From an uncultured delta proteobacterium (lineage in GTDB: Bacteria > Desulfobacterota > Zymogenia > Zymogenales > Zymogenaceae), in the NCBI GenBank assembly GCA_963735595.1, contig CAVTLK010000002.1:1-64000 (forward strand): 64,000 nucleotides of DNA, in the 5' to 3' direction. The notes beneath the pieces are model-generated. The model did no database searches and was not told the origin of the DNA. It saw nothing but the letters and a program-made list of their open reading frames with translations. This document shows, piece by piece, positions 42,247 through 51,800 of this stretch. Position 1 is the first letter of the stretch. Every line of letters begins with the position of its first letter. The translations under genes and the position numbers were made by a program.

Positions 42247-43297
42247 TCGATTAATGGGAACCCTCTCGCGTCTGGGGCTTTCCGGGATTATTATTACCGA
42301 CATGAAGAATATCCGGTACTTTTCCGGTTTTACGGGTAGTGACGGTGTCCTGGTGGTTTGCGAAAACGGCGGTACATTTCTTACCGACGGCCGCTATACA
42401 ACCCAGGCCACCGGCGAGGTTACCTCGTTTTCCGTCAAGGAATACCGCAATAAGATTGACGGTATAACCGACGAGGTTCGTGCGTTGAAGATTAAGCGGA
42501 TCGGAATTGAATCCCGCGTGCTGCCCCTCTTTCTCTTCACGACTATCAAGTCGCGCCTGCCCGGACGAAAGGTCCTCCCGATAGAAGAAGATCTGGCGCT
42601 CATGCGGATGATAAAGGACGACGATGAGATAGACGCCCTCAGGCAGGCGATCAGGATTTCGGAGGAATCATACGCGGAAACGGCATCCTATATTACAGCG
42701 GGCGGCCGTGAGGACATAATTGCCGTCGAGCTCGAATACCGGATGAAAAAGAAGGGATCCGGCGTGCTTCCGTTTCCAATAATCGTGGCCGCGGGCACAA
42801 ACGGGGCGCTCCCGCACGCCCATGCGGGAAACCGGATGATAAAGCCCGGAGATCTGGTAACGATTGATTTCGGCGCGCAGTACCAGGGTTATCACTCCGA
42901 TCAGACCGTTACCGTCATGATTGGGACAGACGGTGCAAAACAACGGGAGGTCTATGACGTGGTGCAGGGGGCTCAGCGGCGGGCGATCGAGGCCGTCAGA
43001 CCCGGCACGCCGGTGCGGGAGGTGGATACAATCGCCAGGGACTATATCGCCGAGCGTGGGTATGGGAGCTATTTTACTCATGGCACCGGCCACGGTGTGG
43101 GTCTGGACATTCACGAGCCGCCCAGGATCAGCCCGCTTGGCGAGGAAGTCCTCGAGGAGGGTATGGTCGTCACGGTGGAGCCGGGTATTTATATTCCCGG
43201 CTGGGGAGGAGTTCGTATCGAGGATATGGTTCTGGTAACGCATACCGGCCCTCGCGTGTTGACAACGATTCCCAAATCGTTTAAAGTGATCGCTTAA
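42227..43297 (+). CDS. Xaa-Pro aminopeptidase (M24B)
   Basis: YFSGFTGS, TDGRY, LPHA, DFGA...SD, HGTGHGVGLDIHE, EPGIY, RIED. Confidence 0.95.
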   Translation: MSKTRIDRLMGTLSRLGLSGIIITDMKNIRYFSGFTGSDGVLVVCENGGTFLTDGRYTTQATGEVTSFSVKEYRNKIDGITDEVRALKIKRIGIESRVLPLFLFTTIKSRLPGRKVLPIEEDLALMRMIKDDDEIDALRQAIRISEESYAETASYITAGGREDIIAVELEYRMKKKGSGVLPFPIIVAAGTNGALPHAHAGNRMIKPGDLVTIDFGAQYQGYHSDQTVTVMIGTDGAKQREVYDVVQGAQRRAIEAVRPGTPVREVDTIARDYIAERGYGSYFTHGTGHGVGLDIHEPPRISPLGEEVLEEGMVVTVEPGIYIPGWGGVRIEDMVLVTHTGPRVLTTIPKSFKVIA

Positions 43298-43323
43298 CGT
43301 TATTTTCTCAAGGAGCTACGTAG

Positions 43324-43887
43324 GTGTATTCAACAGCGGAGTTCAGGAAGGGACTTAAGATTGAACTGGACGGAAAGCCCTATATCATAGTTGATTTTCA
43401 ACACGTGAAACCCGGCAAGGGTGGAGCATTCGTTCGGACACGGCTCAAGAGCCTGGTAACCGGAGCGGTGCTGGAGAAAACTTTTCGCTCGGGTGAAAAA
43501 GTGGACAAGCCCCGTCTCGAAGAGAAGCATATGCAGTATCTGTACCGTGATTCGGACGGGTTTCACTTCATGGATACGGACACGTACGATCAGGTCTTCA
43601 TTACCCAGGATCATGTGGGGGATTCCGCCGATTTTCTTTCTGAGGGGTTGGAACTCATGGTGCTCTACCACGATGACACGCCGATCTCCCTGGAGCTCCC
43701 CACGTTCGTCGAGCTTCCGATAGCAAAGACGGAACCCGGTGTAAAGGGTGATACCGCAAGCGGAGGGACGAAACCCGCCCGCCTCTCGACCGGACGGGTA
43801 GTGCAGGTGCCTCTCTTTGTGAACGAAGGTGACGTTCTCAAGGTGGATACGAGGACCGGCGAATATATCGAGCGGGTTTCGAAATAG
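43324..43887 (+). CDS. efp: Elongation factor P
   Basis: HVKPGKGGAFVR, PGVKGDT, VDTRTGEY. Confidence 0.98.
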   Translation: MYSTAEFRKGLKIELDGKPYIIVDFQHVKPGKGGAFVRTRLKSLVTGAVLEKTFRSGEKVDKPRLEEKHMQYLYRDSDGFHFMDTDTYDQVFITQDHVGDSADFLSEGLELMVLYHDDTPISLELPTFVELPIAKTEPGVKGDTASGGTKPARLSTGRVVQVPLFVNEGDVLKVDTRTGEYIERVSK

Positions 43888-43906
43888 AATCAGAGAGGGG
43901 CCGCGC

Positions 43907-44322
43907 ATGAATCTCAGGGAGATAAAGGACATCATCAGGGCGATAAGAGGGAACGGACATAACGGAGATTGAGATCGAACGGTCAGGGGAGAGGATTAAA
44001 ATTAAACGGGGCACGCCCGGGTCCGTGGACGTGAAGGCCGCAACGGCGTCTGACGCCCAAGAGCGTGACCGAAGACCATGAGCTGGCGGCGGTGACATCC
44101 CCGCTCGTCGGTACGTTCTATCGCTCATCCTCTCTGGATTCTCCCCCGTTTGTCGAGGTGGGTCAGGAGGTCCATGCGGGGGATGTCCTGTGTATGGTGG
44201 AGTCGATGAAGCTGATGAACGAGATCGAGTCCGATGTGGACGGGATCGTCGTCTCAATCGTTGTTGAAAACGGACAACCGGTGGAATACGGGCAGACGCT
44301 CTTTCTGCTTGAGCCGCTGTAA
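43907..44322 (+). CDS. accB: Biotin carboxyl carrier protein (frameshifted)
   Basis: MNLREIKDII, SPLVGTFY, VESMKLMNEI, VEYGQTLF. Confidence 0.92.
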
Positions 44323-44329
44323 CGGACGT

Positions 44330-45664
44330 ATGTTTCACAAAGTCCTTATCGCCGATCGGGGCGAAATAGCGGTTCGTATCATACGCAGCCTCAAAGAGAT
44401 GGGCGTCAACACTGTTGCCGTCTACTCTGTGGCCGATCAAGAATCGCTTCATGTCAGGACCGCCGATGAGGCGCTCTGCATAGGGCCGGCCGGTATCAGG
44501 GACAGCTACCTCAATTTTTCCGCGATTCTGTCGGCCGCCGAGATTACAGGGGCGGACGCGATCCATCCTGGATACTGTCCGCTCGCCGAGAACCTCGAAT
44601 TCGTCGAATCCTGTTATCACGTGGGCGTCACGTTTATCGGTACAGGGGTCAATTCGATGTCGCTAATGGCCGACAAGGTGGCCGCCAAGAACATCGCGGC
44701 GAGCGTCGGGGTTGAGGTCGTGCCGGGGAGCGTGGAAGCCATAGGGGATGAGCGGGAGGCGCTGTCCGTGGCCGATTCCCTCGGTTTTCCGGTTATCCTC
44801 AAGGCAGTTGGCGGCGGAGGAGGCAGGGGCGTCAAGGTTGTCGGCGACCGGGGGGGGTTTGCATCGGCCTTTGAGCAGTCTAAAAAGGAAGCGCAGAGTT
44901 ATCTTAAGAATCCGGGCATCTATATCGAGAAGTATCTTCAAAAGGCCAGACACATAGAGTTTCAGATCGTTGCAGACAACGCCGGCAACACTATTCACCT
45001 CGGTGAGCGTGATTGCACGATACAGCGCCGGTATCAAAAGATAATCGAAGAGTCGCCGGCGTTCGGACTTACCGATGAGATGCAAAAGGGGATGGGTGAG
45101 GCGGCCGTCCGCTTCGCCCGTTCGGTTGGGTATTCGAATATTGGAACGGTGGAATTTCTCCTTACCGAGGACCAACGCTTCTACTTTCTTGAGATGAACA
45201 CCCGTATCCAGGTGGAGCACGGTATTACCGAGATGGTTACGGGCATCGACGTTGTCAAGGAACAGATACGGCTGGCCGCGGGAGAGCCGCTGGGTTTAGC
45301 TCAGGAGGACGTGGTGCTTACCGGACACGGCATTGAATGCCGAATTACGGCTGAAGACCCGTTCAGGTTTACCCCTTCTTCCGGCACGATTACACAGTAT
45401 ATCCCGGCCGGCGGCCCGGGAGTTCGCGTCGATTCGGCAATCTACTGCGGCGCGCACGTTAATCCATACTATGATTCTCTCGTTGCGAAGCTGATTGTTT
45501 GCTCTCCCGATCGGGCAAGCGCAATCGGGCGCATGAGGAGGGCCCTCTCCGAATTCGTCATAGAGGGGATCGAAACGACAATACCCCTATACAGGAAGAT
45601 AATGGTTGATCCTATATTTATTGGCGGTTACAACGATTCGAGCTTTCTCGAAAAATATATCTAA
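44330..45664 (+). CDS. accC: Biotin carboxylase (divergent motifs)
   Basis: RGEIAVR, HPGY, GGGGRG, ERDCTIQRR, EMNTRIQVEH, YDSLVAKL. Confidence 0.93.
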   Translation: MFHKVLIADRGEIAVRIIRSLKEMGVNTVAVYSVADQESLHVRTADEALCIGPAGIRDSYLNFSAILSAAEITGADAIHPGYCPLAENLEFVESCYHVGVTFIGTGVNSMSLMADKVAAKNIAASVGVEVVPGSVEAIGDEREALSVADSLGFPVILKAVGGGGGRGVKVVGDRGGFASAFEQSKKEAQSYLKNPGIYIEKYLQKARHIEFQIVADNAGNTIHLGERDCTIQRRYQKIIEESPAFGLTDEMQKGMGEAAVRFARSVGYSNIGTVEFLLTEDQRFYFLEMNTRIQVEHGITEMVTGIDVVKEQIRLAAGEPLGLAQEDVVLTGHGIECRITAEDPFRFTPSSGTITQYIPAGGPGVRVDSAIYCGAHVNPYYDSLVAKLIVCSPDRASAIGRMRRALSEFVIEGIETTIPLYRKIMVDPIFIGGYNDSSFLEKYI

Positions 45665-45731
45665 CTCCGTTAGTGATCGGCCGGGCCCGAACCCGAGTCA
45701 CGGCGAAGCGGCGCCGTCACCCCATAGTGTA

Positions 45732-45760
45732 TTGACTTTTCAGCCGATATGTAGTATTTT
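45732..45760 (+). promoter_or_regulatory. Possible sigma70 promoter for the sgmX-like gene
   Basis: TTGACT-17 nt-TATTTT. Confidence 0.5.
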
Positions 45761-45793
45761 TTAAAAAGACTTATTTCCTTTAAATTCCGTCGT

Positions 45794-48217
45794 ATGGCCC
45801 TTGATAAGAACAAGACGATCCTGCTCGCACAGAAGTATATCCAGAAGGGGATGTATGACCGCGCTATTAAGGAACTGGCCGGTATTGTACGTCAAGACCC
45901 GAAGGATATCAAGGTACGCCAAAAGCTCGGCGATCTGTACGCCCGCGAGAACAAGAGATCTGAGGCATTGGCGGAATATAACTACGTCGCCAAGTTCTAT
46001 GCCGATGACGGATTCTATCTTCGTGCAATCGCTCTGTATAAGCAGATCCTGAAGCTTGATCCTACCCAAATAGCGATTAACCTCAAGCTTGCCGAGCTAT
46101 ACCACAAACAGAACCTCAACGGCGATGCAATCCAGCAATTCCAGCTCGTCTACCAGTTCCATGAGCGCAAAGGAGACACCGTACGCGCGCTGGAGACGCT
46201 GGATAAGATGGCCGAAATGGCCCCCGGTAACCTTCAGTTGCGTATGCGGCTTGCCGATGCCTACTATCGTAACGGAAACATCGACCATAGTCTGGACGAA
46301 TACGTCAAAATCGGGGAGCAGCTCAAGAAAGACGGCCGCATCGACGATATGATAAGCCTCTACGAAAAGCTTATAAAACACCATCCGCAGCGTTTGGATA
46401 TGATCACGGAGGTTGCGGATACCTATCTCAAGGCCAATAAGAAGGACATGGCAGAGGCCCGTATTGATATGGGTTTGGGGGTAGCCCCCGATTCAATGAA
46501 ACTCCTCTATCTCAAGTCGAGACTCTGCCTGGAGCGGGACAGTCACCAGGTAACTATTGAAATTCTCAATCGAATCCTCAAGGCGGACCCCGAGTTTATC
46601 TCAGCGAAGGAAGACCTGGCCAGAATCTACGAAAAACAGGGCAATAAGGATGAACTGGAACGACTCTACACCGAATTAATGATCTCATTTCGAAAAAAGG
46701 TCGGGGGAGAGGAAAAGGCGGCCCACTACAAAGCCCTTTACGACAACCTGAAAAGCACCATATCCGAAGATATGATGAGCGCGGGTATCGGCTCCGGGTC
46801 CCTGTCGGGAGACGAAGACGAACCCTTACGGGAACTCGGCGAGGAAGATGTAATTGAGGTGGGCGAAAACGAGATTATCGACGCGGAGATCGTAGAGGAG
46901 ATCTCCGGCCCTGGACAGGCTCCTGAAGAGATCGATGAGTCTCTTGACAACGAGGGGCGGCTGGTTATGCTGAAGGTGGATACATACGTTAAATACGGCC
47001 AGTTCAAGGAGGCTGCCAATGTCCTGGGTGATTATACAGCCAAACGGGACGTAATAACCCCACGGATGCGGCTCGCGGAACTCTACCGGGAGCTTGCCGG
47101 CACTAGCGAGGATTCCGACCAATATTCCAGCCTTGCCGCGCAGGTGTATCGCGATATTTCGGCGATCGCCAAGAAGAAGGGCTATACAGCGCTTTCCAGA
47201 GATATGGCGGCCCAGGCGGCGGAACTGGGCGCGCCGGATTCGGCCGAGATTCCTTCCGACGTCGCCATGGAAGAGGTTAACGAGTTTGACGTCGTTATGG
47301 ACGACACTGAAGAGCTGGAGGCGATTGAGCAAGGCGACGATTTTTCGTCTATGGACGAAATCGAGGTTTCCGAGTCCATCGACGTCGGTGAAGCAGGCGG
47401 GGAGCCGATAGAGATTTCCCTGGATGAGCAGGGATTTTCCGACAATTACGAGACGGTAATCGAAGATAACGAGCTGCATGAGGTAAAAGCTACCCGCGAG
47501 CCGCAGGTCAGAGAATCTTCCGCCTCACCGCTGATCAATATGGCTCCGCGGGACGAGCCGCTCGGCGATGGGGAAGACTACTTTGATCTCCGTAAGGAAC
47601 TCGAGGAGGTCGTACTCGACGAAGACATCTCGCTGGAATCAAAGGGAGGTGCGGGCCTGCTCGGGAAGGACGATCAATACTCTTTTGAGGACGTCTTCGA
47701 TGAATTCAAGCGGGGCGTGCAAAAACAATTTGGGAAAGGGGATTACGACACACACTACAATCTGGGCATCGCCTACCGCGAGATGGGCCTTTTCGAGGAC
47801 GCGGTAACCGAGTTTCTCATTTCGGCAAGCGATCCGAAAAAGAGACTGGACAGCATTATTATGCTCGGGGTTACGCACCGCGATATCAACGAATACGGCA
47901 AAAGTATCGATTATTTTACGGAAGCCCTCGATACGTCCGGGATAAAGAAGGACGAGCGAATGGGTATCCTGTACGAGCTGGCCCTCTCCAACGAATATGC
48001 GAAACAGCTGGACGAGGCCGTCACGTTGTACGAGCAGATATACTCTCAGGATACGGGTTTCAGGGACGTAGCCGATAAGATTCGAACGATCAGGGGACAC
48101 GCGGGCCCACCCCCCGCTGTCAAGACGGCCACCAAAACCGAACCCTCAAGTCAGGACGGCGATAAATCCTCTCATACGGAAACCCCATCGAAAAAGGGGA
48201 AGATATCGTTTGTATAG
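45794..48217 (+). CDS. Large TPR protein, SgmX-like
   Basis: MALDKNKTI..AQKYIQKG N-terminal TPR array; acidic linker; FDEFKRGV...DYDTHYNLGIAYREMGL C-terminal TPRs; ends KKGKISFV. Confidence 0.8.
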   Translation: MALDKNKTILLAQKYIQKGMYDRAIKELAGIVRQDPKDIKVRQKLGDLYARENKRSEALAEYNYVAKFYADDGFYLRAIALYKQILKLDPTQIAINLKLAELYHKQNLNGDAIQQFQLVYQFHERKGDTVRALETLDKMAEMAPGNLQLRMRLADAYYRNGNIDHSLDEYVKIGEQLKKDGRIDDMISLYEKLIKHHPQRLDMITEVADTYLKANKKDMAEARIDMGLGVAPDSMKLLYLKSRLCLERDSHQVTIEILNRILKADPEFISAKEDLARIYEKQGNKDELERLYTELMISFRKKVGGEEKAAHYKALYDNLKSTISEDMMSAGIGSGSLSGDEDEPLRELGEEDVIEVGENEIIDAEIVEEISGPGQAPEEIDESLDNEGRLVMLKVDTYVKYGQFKEAANVLGDYTAKRDVITPRMRLAELYRELAGTSEDSDQYSSLAAQVYRDISAIAKKKGYTALSRDMAAQAAELGAPDSAEIPSDVAMEEVNEFDVVMDDTEELEAIEQGDDFSSMDEIEVSESIDVGEAGGEPIEISLDEQGFSDNYETVIEDNELHEVKATREPQVRESSASPLINMAPRDEPLGDGEDYFDLRKELEEVVLDEDISLESKGGAGLLGKDDQYSFEDVFDEFKRGVQKQFGKGDYDTHYNLGIAYREMGLFEDAVTEFLISASDPKKRLDSIIMLGVTHRDINEYGKSIDYFTEALDTSGIKKDERMGILYELALSNEYAKQLDEAVTLYEQIYSQDTGFRDVADKIRTIRGHAGPPPAVKTATKTEPSSQDGDKSSHTETPSKKGKISFV

Positions 48218-48271
48218 CGGCTGTCTTCAACGGGTCCGGCTTATGACCCATTCCACTACCACGGCGGTTTA

Positions 48272-49318
48272 ATGGAACACTACCAATTCTACGGCATGCA
48301 ACTGGATCCGTTTTCCAATACGCCGGACAATCGGTTCTATTTTAATAGCGATCAACATTCATTGGTATTGACCAAGCTGCTCTATATTGCCAGGTCGATG
48401 AAGGGCCTGGCCATACTCATCGGTGACGTAGGAACCGGAAAGACGACGCTGGCCCGCAGGCTTCTGATGTCTCTGTCCGATGACGAGTACGATGCGTCGA
48501 TGCTCGTAATCATCCACTCGGGAATTAGCGCAGATTGGCTGTTGACCAGGATTGCCGTTCAGCTTGGGGTAGAAAACCCTGCGGACGATAAGATAAAGCT
48601 CCTGGGGCAGCTCTTTGCGCGATTGAGCGAAATCCAGGCCTCCGGTAAGAGCGCGATCATCCTGGTAGACGAGGCCCAGATGCTCAAGAGCAGGGAAGTC
48701 ATGGAGGAGTTCAGAGGGCTCTTGAATATAGAGACGCCTGGCAAGAAGTTCATCTCGTTTGTCTTTTTTGGCCTGCCGGACCTCGAGGAAAACCTTAAAC
48801 AGGATGAACCGCTCAATCAAAGGGTCGCACTGCGCCTTCGGCTCCAGTATATGAATATCGATTCGACCGAGAAATATATAAAGCACCGCCTCAAGGTGGC
48901 GGGTGCGACGAAGATGCTGTTTACCCGGGAGGCGGTAGAGGAGATACAGCGGTATTCGAAAGGCATACCGAGGATCATCAATAACATCTGCGACAACTCG
49001 CTTTTGGAGGGAATGCTCGCAAAAGCGGACGTGATTGATCGCACGATCATTGAGCAGGTAGCCCGGGAACTGAGCCTCAAACCCGCTTCGCCTGATGAGC
49101 TGAGCCGAATTGAATCACATAAGGTAATAGCCCCGGGCGGCGACCGGGTGGTCACCGATGACAGGAAGCGGCCGGCTCCGGAAAATGCCCCCCGCACCCC
49201 GGTATCGGGCGCGGCGCCGCCAGGAGCACCGGTTGCAAGCGAAAACACGCAAACCGGGCAGGATTTGAACGAGACAATTGATATAGATAAAATACTGGAT
49301 TCCCTCGACATAGAGTAG
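48272..49318 (+). CDS. ExeA/GspA-family AAA ATPase
   Basis: PFSNTPD, GDVGTGKTT, LVDEAQ, YIKHRL, GIPRIINNICDN. Confidence 0.92.
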   Translation: MEHYQFYGMQLDPFSNTPDNRFYFNSDQHSLVLTKLLYIARSMKGLAILIGDVGTGKTTLARRLLMSLSDDEYDASMLVIIHSGISADWLLTRIAVQLGVENPADDKIKLLGQLFARLSEIQASGKSAIILVDEAQMLKSREVMEEFRGLLNIETPGKKFISFVFFGLPDLEENLKQDEPLNQRVALRLRLQYMNIDSTEKYIKHRLKVAGATKMLFTREAVEEIQRYSKGIPRIINNICDNSLLEGMLAKADVIDRTIIEQVARELSLKPASPDELSRIESHKVIAPGGDRVVTDDRKRPAPENAPRTPVSGAAPPGAPVASENTQTGQDLNETIDIDKILDSLDIE

Positions 49319-49372
49319 ACCGTAAACGAGCCAAAACGGCCCGACCGCCCGGAAACAGCCGAAAAATATCTA

Positions 49373-49401
49373 TTGACAAAAAAACATTTTTCATCTATAT
49401 T
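49373..49401 (+). promoter_or_regulatory. sigma70 promoter for tRNA-Gly and the rimP-nusA-infB operon
   Basis: TTGACA-17 nt-TATATT. Confidence 0.8.
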
Positions 49402-49511
49402 ACCATTTCTAAACATAGGTTCGTGCGGCTCTAGGATACCGGGGGATGCCGGGACTTGATATTTTGTCTCGCGACGAACGGAACACCGGTCGCGATAGAT
49501 CGATGCGATAA

Positions 49512-49587
49512 GCGGGCATAACTCAGTTGGTAGAGTGCAAGCTTCCCAAGCTTGATGTCGCGGGTTCGAACCCCGTTGCCCGCTCCA
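49512..49587 (+). tRNA. tRNA-Gly (CCC)
   Basis: gcgggcataactcagttggtagagtg caagc-tt-CCC-aa-gcttg atgtcgcgggttcgaaccccgttgcccgctCCA, 76 nt. Confidence 0.98.
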
Positions 49588-49655
49588 TTTTTTACGTTTG
49601 GAAACGATGATGGACTTTTTGTGATTTGCAGTGTTGCTATGGGTCTACTTAAAAT

Positions 49656-49684
49656 AAGTGGGCTCTTGCGCCCGCTTTTTTTTT
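49656..49684 (+). terminator. rimP leader hairpin/attenuator
   Basis: aagtgggc-tcttgc-gcccgctt plus T-run, at the usual position upstream of rimP. Confidence 0.75.
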
Positions 49685-49729
49685 GGCAGATAGTATCTAA
49701 CGGCTTTTAACGGTTTATTATCACGACGG

Positions 49730-50223
49730 ATGAACAAAGGCGAGGGTATCTCGAAGCGTTACAGGATACCCTCTGGGCATTAGGTGAGAAGGCCTGCGAT
49801 CTTTTTGGCTTATCGCTCATCGAGGTCGAGGTCAATCGCGGAAGGGGCAGGCTCCTGGTTCGCTACTATATCGACGGGCAACAGGGGGTCACGGTGGAAG
49901 ATTGCGCCCACGTGAGCCAGGCCGTCGGAAGATTCCTCGACGCGCAGGACCCCATCGACGGCCCATTTACCCTCGAGGTTTCATCTCCCGGGCCCGATCG
50001 ACCGCTGAGGAAAGAGGGCGATTTTCAGACGTTTGTTGGTAATACTATACGGATAAAGACGGATATCCCCATCGAAGGGCAGACGAATTTCTCTGGCAAG
50101 CTCATAGGGATTTCCGATGGACAGATTATACTCATGGGCGAAGGTGATAGGGAGTTTCGTATTCCTCATAAGACGGTAAAGAAGGCCCGTCTTGCCCATC
50201 ATGATATTCCTATAAAAGGGTAG
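49730..50223 (+). CDS. rimP: Ribosome maturation factor RimP (start frameshifted or uncertain)
   Basis: [32 protein letters not shown]. Confidence 0.93.
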
Positions 50224-50228
50224 GTCAA

Positions 50229-51728
50229 GTGGCGACGACAACAACAACGACAACATATACGAACCTGGATCATATCCTCGACCAGGTCGAAAAAGAAAAG
50301 GGAATCAGCAAGAGCGTTCTCGTCGAGGCTATCGAGGCGGCCCTCCTTTCGGCGGCCAAGAAAAAGTACGGCAACATGAAGGAGATTGAAGCGTCATTCA
50401 ACCACGAACTTGGCGAGGTCGAGCTCTTCGAGTTTAAGGAAGTCGTCGAAGAGGTTACCGATCCCGAGACCCAAATATCCTGCGAGGAGGCCGTAAAGAC
50501 GGATCCGGAAGCCGTCCCGGGAGACAGCCTCGGGTTTAAACTCGATATATCGGACTTCGGCAGGATCGCCGCCCAGACCGCCAAGCAGGTGATTATCCAG
50601 AAAGTACGCAACGCCGAGCGGGATAACGTCTACGAGGAATATAAAGACCGTATTAACGAGCTTATTACCGGGATGGTCCAGCGCTTCGAGCGTGGACATA
50701 TCTACGTTAATCTGGGAAGGGCCGAGGCGATTATACCGCCGAAAGAACAGGTCCCCCGAGAGGGGTACCGTCAGGGGGATCGGATCAGGGCCTACATCCT
50801 TGACGTCCTCAGGGAGTCAAAGGGACCGCAGATCATTCTCTCCCGAACCCACCCCGGGCTCCTGATTAAGCTCTTTGAACTGGAGGTTCCCGAGATCAGC
50901 GAAGGGATCGTCAAGATTATGGGGGCGGCCCGGGAGCCGGGCGAGCGCTCCAAGATCGCGGTCTCTTCAACGGATAAAGACGTCGATCCGGTCGGGGCGT
51001 GCGTTGGAGTGAAGGGGTCCCGGGTTCAGAGCATCGTCCAGGAGCTCAGGGGCGAGAAAATAGATATCGTCCCGTGGGTCGAAGACCCGGTCAAGTTCGT
51101 CTGTAAGGCGCTGTCGCCGGCGGAAGTAAGTGAGGTCATTATATACGAAGATGAAAGGTCGATGGAGATCATCGTATCGGATGATCAACTGTCGCTTGCC
51201 ATAGGCAAAAAAGGGCAGAACGTGCGTCTCGCCTCGAAGCTCGTGGGGTGGCGGCTTGATATTAAGAGCGCCTCGAAGAAGGAGAAGCAGTTTGCAGAGG
51301 CGGTCTATGCATTGGGAGCCGTTCCCGGTGTGGGCCTCGCAACCGCGGAGATCCTTTACCGAGACGGTATTGCGACGGTTGCCGATATTGTTGACGCGGG
51401 CGTCGATTATCTCGCCAACATCGAGAGCCTCGGCCCAAAGAAGGCGGAGAAGATCTACATGGCGGCACGAGCAATCCTTGCCGGTGAAAGCGTCGCAGGG
51501 GCCGAAACAGAGCCGACCTCCCTGCCGCCATCCCTTGGAGACCTTGAAGGGGTCGGCGAAAAGACCCGGGAGCTTTTGGTCGGTGGGGGATTTGACGAGG
51601 TGCGGAAAATCGCCGCAGCAAGCGTTGAGGAACTCTCCATGGTCCCCGGTATCGGGGAGAAGAAGGCCCAGGCTATCATTGAATCGGCAAAAAAACTCAT
51701 TGGTGAAGCTGTATCGGAAGAAAAATAA
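50229..51728 (+). CDS. nusA: Transcription factor NusA with two C-terminal HhH repeats
   Basis: [44 protein letters not shown]. Confidence 0.98.
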   Translation: MATTTTTTTYTNLDHILDQVEKEKGISKSVLVEAIEAALLSAAKKKYGNMKEIEASFNHELGEVELFEFKEVVEEVTDPETQISCEEAVKTDPEAVPGDSLGFKLDISDFGRIAAQTAKQVIIQKVRNAERDNVYEEYKDRINELITGMVQRFERGHIYVNLGRAEAIIPPKEQVPREGYRQGDRIRAYILDVLRESKGPQIILSRTHPGLLIKLFELEVPEISEGIVKIMGAAREPGERSKIAVSSTDKDVDPVGACVGVKGSRVQSIVQELRGEKIDIVPWVEDPVKFVCKALSPAEVSEVIIYEDERSMEIIVSDDQLSLAIGKKGQNVRLASKLVGWRLDIKSASKKEKQFAEAVYALGAVPGVGLATAEILYRDGIATVADIVDAGVDYLANIESLGPKKAEKIYMAARAILAGESVAGAETEPTSLPPSLGDLEGVGEKTRELLVGGGFDEVRKIAAASVEELSMVPGIGEKKAQAIIESAKKLIGEAVSEEK

Positions 51729-51800
51729 CGATAAGGACGGTACCGATTGGAGCAGCGGTTCGAATGCTGCGGACGTCCACCGTGTGGGGGAATTGTCTTA

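Noticed and set aside
35764..50251. Identical 17-mer acgacaacaacaacgac in pilQ (35764) and nusA (50235)
   Set aside because: Low-complexity poly-Thr coding; coincidence is likely
51747..51800. Cys-rich N-terminal extension of IF-2
   Set aside because: Upstream TTG is probably not the start; ATG 51801/51810 matches the normal IF-2 N-terminus
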